Source: a virus
Taxonomy: Duplodnaviria > Heunggongvirae > Uroviricota > Caudoviricetes
IMG/VR virus record: IMGVR_UViG_3300021438_000001
Span: 39,453-103,452 of that record
Length of the DNA: 64,000 nt
Reading direction: 5' to 3' (one strand)
Shown here: positions 45,785 through 53,056 of the stretch, one piece after another
Position numbering within the stretch: position 1 is the first letter of the stretch
Layout: every line of letters begins with the position of its first letter
Position numbers and translations under genes: made by a program
The notes under the pieces: model-generated
Databases searched by the model: none
Told to the model about the DNA's origin: nothing
Seen by the model: only the letters and a program-made list of their open reading frames with translations

Positions 45785-46198
45785 ATGCAAATCATCAACG
45801 GAGTCGAATGCCGAACACGCGAAGAAAGCCTGCGACACATCGCTCAACAGGCAAAGCTGAAAAAGGTCGGCCCTAAAACCGAACGCGAAGCCTGCGGATG
45901 CGAGTATCAATACCCGTCAGGCAATAATTGCGCGGTAGGCTCGCTATTCAACAAAGCCCAACTGAAGACGATCAAGAAGGCCGGCCTCAACGAAATGGCC
46001 ATCGACTATGTGGCGAGAGATTATGTAGGCCAGAAGAACATCGAAACAGTCACAGGTATGGAGATGAAGGAGCTGAAAAAGCTCCAAGAACTTCATGACG
46101 GAGTTGTCCAAGATCGGTCGCCTCAAGCAGCTCGTGATGCGCTCATCCGGTACTGCGAAACGGAGCTTGAAAAGCTCCAAAAAGGTGTAAGCCAATAG
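45785..46198 (+). CDS. hypothetical protein
   Basis: AAAGGAG RBS; last gene of the + block; followed by two hairpins. Confidence 0.5.
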   Translation: MQIINGVECRTREESLRHIAQQAKLKKVGPKTEREACGCEYQYPSGNNCAVGSLFNKAQLKTIKKAGLNEMAIDYVARDYVGQKNIETVTGMEMKELKKLQELHDGVVQDRSPQAARDALIRYCETELEKLQKGVSQ

Positions 46199-46204
46199 TG
46201 CTCA

Positions 46205-46266
46205 TTTAGGGGCTGAAAAACAGCCTCAAAAACGCACCGAAACCCTGCGAAAAGCAGGGTTCTAAA
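46205..46266 (+). terminator. tandem terminator hairpins
   Basis: GGCTGaaaaaCAGCC and CCCTGCgaaaaGCAGGG followed by TTCT. Confidence 0.5.
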
Positions 46267-46369
46267 CCATTACATTAACTCCAAGGCGTAAGTCCCCGTC
46301 AGCATTGAAGAAAACGCCATTTCACGTCATGACATTTGGACACAGATGTAGTATGAGTATTGTCAGGAA

Positions 46370-47230
46370 ATGACTGTTTTTCGATGCAACAAACGACAAG
46401 CAAAAACATACCTTGGCCAGACCTCAAAACGACCGCTAAAACGAAGCCAAAAAGCAATCAATATCACCGACCTCAGACAAGCAGGAAAAGAGCTTAAAAA
46501 CGATTCTATAAGGTCGGCCTGTAAGCGCGAACCTCAAGGCCAGAACCCTAAGCAACCAGACGCAGGCCACCGAAACCTAAAGCTACCGGAGCAGGCCAGG
46601 AACCGGAACCTAGAACTCCCAAAATCCCCGCGACAATTCAATCTATAAGCCTAAGAACAATACATAAGTAATTAACGCCAGAGAAGAAATCCCCAAAGCC
46701 CCAAAGCTCGGTCCCGAACAGAATCAGGAACCGGCACGGAGTACGGCAGCAAGGCTGAATAGAGCTTCATGGCACCGAGCAACCCAGACGACCAAAAGCT
46801 GCAAGGCATAGGAAACGCTCAAAGCCGAACTCCTAAGGAACCAGAGTCAAAACCCAATCAAGAAACGCTAAGGAATAAACCAAAGCGAATCCAGCCCCAA
46901 AAGCAACATCGGCAACCAGAACAGCTATAGGAAAACACCAAACGCAACCAGACCGGAATCAGGCAACAGCTACAGGAAAAACAATCTCGTCACACAACAG
47001 GAGAACAACGACACGGAACCGGACAACGACCACAAAGCGCATAGACACAAGGAACAGGAAGATCAATCACACATAGGGAATGAATTAAGAGAGGATCAAG
47101 AAACATAGATAGGAGAGAACAATGAATGAACGGAAAACGCACCAAAGATGCACCAAATAGGGGTGAAGTAATCCCTCGACGAAAAACGCTTCGAAATGCC
47201 AAACCTTACACATAAAAAATTCGCCCGCGA
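46370..47230 (+). other. A+C-rich, T-depleted non-coding tract with GGAACC(G/A)G-like periodic motifs
   Basis: Read directly: long runs such as caaccagaacagctataggaaaacaccaaacgcaaccagaccggaatcaggcaacagctacagg; no credible ORF. Confidence 0.5.
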
Positions 47231-47584
47231 ATCGCCTAGGCATCCCACAACGCCTAGGAACCATGCGGGTTTGCGGGGCAGGGTACGGCTCCAAGGCTGA
47301 GTACGGCCGACCGGCTGAATAACGTCCTAGGAGGTTGAGATACGGCTCCAAGGCTGAATGTTGGACGTTGGCGGTATAAGAGTGCATCGCCCTATGTATA
47401 AGTTCCCCTATAAGCTCCTAGGCATCCCTAGGCGTCGCCCTATAAGAGTCCCTATAAGGTTTTGGCGTTCGCCCTATAAGGTTAGGCAACTTGCATGGAG
47501 ACTTTGTATAAGGTTGATTAGGAACGATCTTTTTCGCTTACAGTAAAAGCACTGAGATTTTTCAGTTCAACGAAAGACGTTCCT

Positions 47585-47854
47585 ATGAACATACTCGACG
47601 CCTGCAACCTAACCGACGAAGAAGCAGACACCGCTGTCCTACTCGTCAACACCTTCGGTCACTGCGTACAGGAAGCGAACGAAGAAAACATTTATTACTT
47701 CACACCAGACTTCATGTTGGAAACCATCGCAAATGCGTTGGCCGCACAACACGCTGCAAAGAACCTTCGACCTGAGTTCTACCGACGAACCGCAAACCTC
47801 CAAGTCAAGCTGCTACGTCATCAGGCCGATTGGGGAAAGCTCAAATCCGCCTAA
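47585..47854 (+). CDS. hypothetical protein
   Basis: The only clean ORF in the gene-poor region; CTTGCAtggagacTTTGTATAAGG promoter-like motif ~90 nt upstream. Confidence 0.35.
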   Translation: MNILDACNLTDEEADTAVLLVNTFGHCVQEANEENIYYFTPDFMLETIANALAAQHAAKNLRPEFYRRTANLQVKLLRHQADWGKLKSA

Positions 47855-48080
47855 GACCATGAACCGAGCAGGCCACGCTCGGTTTTTCGTATCCAAACAC
47901 TCCCTAGGCATCCCTAGGCCAGACATGACCTTCACGCCTAGGCCGTAAGCATCGGTTCCTAGGCCGTAAAGCTTCGTCATCAGGCCATCTCATTGGAGAC
48001 TTGCCAGGCCACATGAAAAACAATCAAAAGTCGTGTTACATTGCAATCACTCGATTTTGAGTGATCAAAGAAAGCGTACT

Positions 48081-48332
48081 ATGAACTTCCGCCAATCAAC
48101 CTTCGTCTACACCATAGCAACAACCATCATTGGATTCGTTCTCGCAGCGTTGTGTGCGTTCGCACTCAGCTCGGAGACTGGTGGTGGTTACTTGCACATC
48201 TTCGGATTGTTCTTCTCAGGTGGACTGGTCATCGGTTCCTGGGTAAATGCTTTGCACGTTCTCGGTATGAGTGACTTCGCCGAAACCGACGAGTTCGGCA
48301 TGACGTACCCCAAAGTCGGTGAAACCGCATAA
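48081..48332 (+). CDS. small membrane protein
   Basis: 3 TM segments. Confidence 0.4.
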   Translation: MNFRQSTFVYTIATTIIGFVLAALCAFALSSETGGGYLHIFGLFFSGGLVIGSWVNALHVLGMSDFAETDEFGMTYPKVGETA

Positions 48333-48357
48333 GTCATCAATGACATAGGAGAACATC

Positions 48358-48546
48358 ATGAGCATGATTCAACCAGCACAACCAACCCCAACGAACCGCA
48401 TTCCTGAAGACAAGCGATTCGACTTCGCTGACACCTTCGAGGATCAGGAAGCGTACTACGACGAGATGCAGGAAGAGGTTGAGCTTCACATGCTTCGTCA
48501 GGGGCACGGAGTTCGGCGATCTCCCCGTCTGTACGACGAACGATGA
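48358..48546 (+). CDS. hypothetical small acidic protein
   Basis: TAGGAGAAC RBS after an ATAAGTCAtcaaTGACA box. Confidence 0.4.
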   Translation: MSMIQPAQPTPTNRIPEDKRFDFADTFEDQEAYYDEMQEEVELHMLRQGHGVRRSPRLYDER

Positions 48547-48821
48547 TCGAAGACAGCAGGGTGTGAGGAGAACTCACACCCTTTGTTCGTTGAAGACGCT
48601 GCCTAGGGATGCCTAGGAGTACGGCAAGACGGCTGAACAGAACCGCCTAGGAAGAGTGATCGACAGCCTCGGAGTACGGCTGGACGGCTGAATGAAATCG
48701 CCTAGGAGTACGGCTGGGTGGCTGAGTAGAGCAGCGTAGGAGGTCGGGGAGGTCAGGGCGGTCGGTGACGTTGGAGTCGCCGAAACGCGGATGAGAATCG
48801 TCCTCATCCAACTCTCCTATA

Positions 48822-48950
48822 AGACCCAAGACCAGTCTCCTAGGAGAGTAGTCTCCTATAAGACATAAGAGAAGTCTCCTAGGAGAGTAGTCTCCTGTCT
48901 CCTAGGAGAGTAGTCTCCTGTCTCCTATAAGACTTGATTGCCTGCCCGTG
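48822..48950 (+). repeat. iteron-like cluster: 3x palindrome TCTCCTAGGAGAGTAG interleaved with 3x TCTCCTATAAGAC
   Basis: Direct reading of 48,822-48,950; adjacent to an AT-rich stretch. Confidence 0.6.
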
Positions 48951-48984
48951 CGTTTACCATACAATCAAAACCCCTGCAAGCATT

Positions 48985-49035
48985 TGACGATTGAAAAAAT
49001 CAATCAGCACGATTGAAAAAATCAATCACAAAATG
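48985..49035 (+). promoter_or_regulatory. tandem palindromic operator-like sites GATTGAAAAAATCAATC (x2)
   Basis: Two identical 17-bp palindromes 20 bp apart in the AT-rich leader of the 49120 gene. Confidence 0.5.
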
Positions 49036-49119
49036 ATTGTTTTCTGGTTTGATTGTGTTATAGTTCAGTCATCGGTTGATTTTGACCGATACAACAAACC
49101 AACTTTTAAGAGGTACAAC

Positions 49120-49761
49120 ATGAGCAAAGCAAACGCAAACACTAGCAAAGCGAAGCAAGGTAAAAACGCAGTAGCAGCAAAGACCGACTATCAAGCGTTG
49201 ATCTTAGCAGCTATTCAAAAGCGAATCGACAATGCGGACAATGACAATCAACGCGACACGCTGCAAGCTGAATACAAGTTTTTCAATGACGCAAACGGTG
49301 CAGCTATTCTAAGCAAGTGCAGCGAAATTCAAGGTTTGAACCTTGCAGCATTGGTGCAACAAATTGCAGTTCTCAAGACAGAATCAAAGAGTGATTTTCT
49401 CGCAGTGTATGCACTGCAAAAGGTACGCAAAGCACTGTATGCACTCGCAAACAATGCGCGTTCATCGTTTGATGGTTATTCTAACTCTATCATGTTCAAT
49501 CTGGTGAAGCTGCAAACGGTGAACACCAAAGAGACGCGCATGAGCATTTGCAAAGCTATCGAATATAGCGAAACCGAACAAGTGCAAGCACTCAAACGCT
49601 TGCACAATTGCAGCGAATCGACCGCAAGCACTCAAGCAAGTAGCACGCGAATGATGCTCAAAGCGTTGAACCTTGCAAACGTGATCAAGTCAAAAAACAA
49701 TGACGCTATCACGCTTCAAGACAATGACGCAGCGCGCATGATTGTGACAATGTACGCTTAA
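49120..49761 (+). CDS. hypothetical protein encoded in a low-GC island (Ala/Asn/Lys-rich, alpha-helical)
   Basis: RBS AAGAGG; base composition markedly AT-richer than the rest of the window. Confidence 0.45.
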   Translation: MSKANANTSKAKQGKNAVAAKTDYQALILAAIQKRIDNADNDNQRDTLQAEYKFFNDANGAAILSKCSEIQGLNLAALVQQIAVLKTESKSDFLAVYALQKVRKALYALANNARSSFDGYSNSIMFNLVKLQTVNTKETRMSICKAIEYSETEQVQALKRLHNCSESTASTQASSTRMMLKALNLANVIKSKNNDAITLQDNDAARMIVTMYA

Positions 49762-50242
49762 CAGTGAAACCGATAGAGCGTGACACAATCACGCTCTATC
49801 AATGAAACCTATTGGAGATTGATAATGATTGATTTTATTGATTGTGCAGTAATTGCAATCGGTGCAGTGTACGTGATAGCGTGTCTCTATCGACCAGATG
49901 TGATGCTGTAATGTGAAAAAGAATACCGAAGTCCTAGAGATTTTCGGTTGCCTAGGAGGCGACCCCTTCCTCGTTCCGACCTCTCCCGAGCGCCCCTTAT
50001 ACAGCCAGGCAGACCCCTGAGATCACATCCTTATACAGCCGGCACACATAATGTAAAACGTACTTTGCAAAAGCGCCCCCAAGTGACAAATACGCTTTAC
50101 GTTAGTTCAGAATCCGTAAGACCGAGCGGAAAATGACCCGATGGGGACATTTCAGGCCCAAATCCCCACGTTCGCACCGAAAATGACCCGATGAGGACAT
50201 TTGCTTATCCTTATACAAGCAAAAAATTTCGAGGCGAGTGGG

Positions 50243-50614
50243 TCAAGATGGGAAATGAGAGCGCAACTTCTCGGCAAACAGGACTTTGACTCCGGCGGCT
50301 GTCGCCGCAGTCGTCATGTCCCGTGTGCCAGCACCGCCTTCGAAAGCGATGACGAGATCAGGTTTGCCAAGCTCCAGCATCAGCCTGTTGCGAATGGGGC
50401 CAGCGCGTGACCCGTGCTTCTTCCAGTCCGCAGGTACGCCAAAGCTCGTGCAACCGTCTTTCTGAGCTGCCCATTGCTCTGCGATGCTGTCAGCACCCGA
50501 CGCACAACCGTGGATGATCAGATTGATTGATTTTTTTGCGTGAATTGCGTCCAGAACGAAACTAATGAAATTTTTTTCGTTGTTGTCACGACCACCGCAG
50601 ACGAGGACTCTCAC
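50243..50614 (-). CDS. SLOG-superfamily protein (DUF2493/YspA-like, LOG-related Rossmann)
   Basis: VLVCGGRD...HGCASGADSIAEQWA...ADW.KHG.RAGPIRNRLML...PDLVIAFEGGAGTRDM matches the DUF2493 pattern. Confidence 0.55.
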   Translation of the reverse strand: MRVLVCGGRDNNEKNFISFVLDAIHAKKSINLIIHGCASGADSIAEQWAAQKDGCTSFGVPADWKKHGSRAGPIRNRLMLELGKPDLVIAFEGGAGTRDMTTAATAAGVKVLFAEKLRSHFPS

Positions 50615-50817
50615 CAGACCTCCCCGTAGCGTTCCTTGTACTGGCGCTCTGTCTCCATCTGCTGCTTGTGTTGAGCGGCACCCCTGCGCATCTGCGCCAC
50701 CATGCTCATCTGCGACTCCCGATCACAGGCGTTCCAAACCGCTGGCTTGATCTCGTGACCGGCGTCGAAGCCACACTCCAAGCGAAGCTGGCAGTACTCA
50801 TCGTAGAGGGTAGTCAT
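50611..50817 (-). CDS. hypothetical small protein
   Basis: ATGA-coupled chain on the - strand. Confidence 0.4.
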   Translation of the reverse strand: MTTLYDEYCQLRLECGFDAGHEIKPAVWNACDRESQMSMVAQMRRGAAQHKQQMETERQYKERYGEVW

Positions 50818-51026
50818 TTGTACCTCGCCATGTTGAGCTTGATGCGTTCTTCGTGAACCTCGATGCAGGCATTGCGAAGCTGTTGCAGCCTGGCTTTCTG
50901 CTCAGGTGTCTTGTCCTTGTCTGGCGTCTGGTGGATGTCGCAGATCGCACGGTTGTAGGCTGCCAGAACCCACTCCGAGACTGTCCACTCATCGACGGTG
51001 ATGGTGCAGATTGACGACGCCATCAT
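50814..51026 (-). CDS. hypothetical small protein
   Basis: Start trimmed to the ATGATG overlapping the upstream stop. Confidence 0.35.
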   Translation of the reverse strand: MMASSICTITVDEWTVSEWVLAAYNRAICDIHQTPDKDKTPEQKARLQQLRNACIEVHEERIKLNMARYK

Positions 51027-51226
51027 GCGTACCTGTCGTTCTTGAAGTCTTCGTCGGAAATGGCAAAGGTGCAATGCTGCGCCAGCGCATCTGCCGCCTC
51101 TTCCAGAAGGTCTGCGAGGCGGTCTGGTTTGCCTTCCTGCACCGACTTGCGCCCAGGAATTTGCCGACGAATCTCAGCCCGCTTGCGCAGCCGATACACG
51201 AGGTCTTCGATCTTGTTGGTCATCAC
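51023..51226 (-). CDS. hypothetical small protein
   Basis: GGAGG RBS before the ATG at 51226 (start MTNKIEDL...). Confidence 0.35.
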   Translation of the reverse strand: MMTNKIEDLVYRLRKRAEIRRQIPGRKSVQEGKPDRLADLLEEAADALAQHCTFAISDEDFKNDRYA

Positions 51227-51471
51227 GCCTCCAGTCGATACAGTTTGAATGGACGGCTCTTGTCGAGTCCGGCACTGCTTCGCACCCACTTGATCACGTC
51301 AGCACGGTCTTGGCTGGTCATCGTCATGGGGAAATTGCAGCCTTCGGTCATGTAGATCGCGACGTAGATGAATCGCTGGTTGGACGTGACCAGTTGCGGC
51401 TTGGGCGCGGCCAGCTCTTCGAGGTCGGCTTCCGTGAGGTCGCCCCAGTCGTTTGCCAGCTCATCCATCAC
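51223..51471 (-). CDS. hypothetical small protein
   Basis: Coupled chain. Confidence 0.4.
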   Translation of the reverse strand: MMDELANDWGDLTEADLEELAAPKPQLVTSNQRFIYVAIYMTEGCNFPMTMTSQDRADVIKWVRSSAGLDKSRPFKLYRLEA

Positions 51472-51710
51472 TTGCCTTCCAGGGCGATCTGGTGCATCAG
51501 CTCCAGCGTCTCGTTCTCGTCAGGCGTCATCGCATCCATGATCGCTTGGGCGTTGTCATGGTGGTCGAGGAACAAGAACTGCGCGGTCATCGCCTTCTCG
51601 TACTCACCCTCACTGATTCGCTGCCACATGAGCGCCAGCATGTAGACCGCCGACCACGCTTGGATCAGGTAATTCATCGGCTTGTTGATGTGGTGGGTCT
51701 TCTCCGTCAT
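51468..51710 (-). CDS. hypothetical small protein
   Basis: Coupled chain. Confidence 0.4.
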   Translation of the reverse strand: MTEKTHHINKPMNYLIQAWSAVYMLALMWQRISEGEYEKAMTAQFLFLDHHDNAQAIMDAMTPDENETLELMHQIALEGK

Positions 51711-52105
51711 TTCTTCTCCCAGAATGATTCGGCTTTTCCATAAAACGGAAAGGCTGCTTGTTTTTGTCCGTTATCCAGCGCCAGGCGGCCGCACTTCGGT
51801 GTGCGGCAGCGATGGTTCGGCCGGCAGCCAGGGCAGGGGTCGTCAGGTGGTGCGCCAGCCGCGACTTGCAGTTGTTCATTCGTGACTGATGTGTTGTCTG
51901 CCATAGCTGGCGGGTTGATGCGAACAGGTGGATGCGGTTGATTCCACCACAGCACCTTGCCACCCTCGGTGATAGCACCGTGGCGCGTCACGCCGTCTTC
52001 GCCAGGCATCGAAAAGCACACTCCGTTGATCTGCCAACCGGCGTTCTGAAGGTCATCGAGCTTGCGCTTGGCGACCCCTTGAAATTCGAGACAGACTGTG
52101 GTCAT
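51707..52105 (-). CDS. hypothetical protein with C-terminal Cys cluster
   Basis: DPCPGCRPNHRCRTPKCG. Confidence 0.45.
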   Translation of the reverse strand: MTTVCLEFQGVAKRKLDDLQNAGWQINGVCFSMPGEDGVTRHGAITEGGKVLWWNQPHPPVRINPPAMADNTSVTNEQLQVAAGAPPDDPCPGCRPNHRCRTPKCGRLALDNGQKQAAFPFYGKAESFWEKK

Positions 52106-52362
52106 GTCAGCTCCTTAAAGAAGAACCGAAACTTCTTGCCGCACTTGGGACATTGCTCGACCGTCTCGTTGCTTGTGACTTGCTCCAACCGCTCGGTCTT
52201 CGTGTCGTCATAGGGGCACAGAGCCTCCATCTGAGGGCTGATGTCGAACATTGGCAAGAACGGCTGCTTCTCGCGCCTGGGGAACGTGTTCTGCCAGGCG
52301 GTAGTGAACTGATCGACAGGCACCACGAATGGACGTGGTGCGCTGCCCTTGCCGCCGCTCAT
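52102..52362 (-). CDS. zinc-ribbon small protein
   Basis: EALCPYDD...EQCPKCGKKF. Confidence 0.45.
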   Translation of the reverse strand: MSGGKGSAPRPFVVPVDQFTTAWQNTFPRREKQPFLPMFDISPQMEALCPYDDTKTERLEQVTSNETVEQCPKCGKKFRFFFKELT

Positions 52363-52658
52363 GTCTCGTCTTTCGGCAGTTGGGCTGCCAGGGCTTCGAG
52401 CTGCTCGGGGGTGAGCTTGCTCAGACGCTTCAGAATGGCGGTCTTGCCGGTGCGACCAGCTACCTTGGCCTCACGACGAGCCTTGAACGCTTCTTCCAGC
52501 TTGCCCATGTCGGCGCTGTCCATGAGCGTCTCAACGACCGCACCTTGAGAAATCTTGTAGGTCTTGGCGATCTTGGCGAGCTTCTCCTGCACGGTCTGCT
52601 CGACCACGATGGCGTAACGCTTGCCCTTCTCTTCGGCAACGTGGGTTTCCGTAGTCAT
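52359..52658 (-). CDS. small DNA-binding regulator, ribbon-helix-helix-like
   Basis: GGAGAAA RBS before the ATG at 52658; KRYAIVVEQTVQEKLAKIAKTYKISQGAVVETLMD; first gene downstream of the - strand promoter and operator. Confidence 0.4.
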   Translation of the reverse strand: MTTETHVAEEKGKRYAIVVEQTVQEKLAKIAKTYKISQGAVVETLMDSADMGKLEEAFKARREAKVAGRTGKTAILKRLSKLTPEQLEALAAQLPKDET

Positions 52659-52679
52659 GTGTTTCTCCGTTGAAAAATG

Positions 52680-52725
52680 ATTGTGTTTGCTAAGTATACA
52701 ACAGCAAACCTTATACAAGCAAAAC
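52680..52725 (-). promoter_or_regulatory. promoter-like TTGCTTGTATAAGG motif plus TTTGCTgttgtatacttAGCAAA palindromic operator (- strand)
   Basis: Reverse-complement reading of 52,680-52,725; lies directly 5' of the RHH-like gene. Confidence 0.45.
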
Positions 52726-52798
52726 GATGGGCAAAAAAATAGCCCCGTAGATGGGGCTAGAGGTTAGGAGGTAAAAACTGATTATACCGTCGATTCGC

Positions 52799-52990
52799 TT
52801 ATTTCTCTTCGTGGTGAACAAATCCGATGGGATTTCCCTGTTCTTCTTCGTCCTGATCGGCAAGCATAAGACCAAACGGCATTTCCTTGAGGAACATCAG
52901 GGCAAATAGCGCGAGGGGATTACTTGTCAGAATGATGGTCAGAACGATAGCGCCGATGATTGCGAGGTTGATGAGGAGTGCGTGGAGCAT
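52799..52990 (-). CDS. small membrane protein
   Basis: 63 aa, 2 TM. Confidence 0.35.
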   Translation of the reverse strand: MLHALLINLAIIGAIVLTIILTSNPLALFALMFLKEMPFGLMLADQDEEEQGNPIGFVHHEEK

Positions 52991-53056
52991 AGCCTGCCTT
53001 TCTAGTTATGTCATGACTGAGTGACATTCTAGGACAGTCAGGCAAGATTGCAAGAC

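Noticed and set aside
46370-46648. 92-aa ORF inside the A+C-rich tract
   Set aside because: The K/R/Q/N/P low-complexity translation is forced by the CA-rich composition, there is no RBS, and the same composition continues far beyond the ORF.
48822-48950. Possible CRISPR array
   Set aside because: The repeats are short self-palindromes (TCTCCTAGGAGA) with irregular 7-23-nt spacers that are themselves repeated; no cas genes are present; the pattern fits iterons or protein-binding sites instead.
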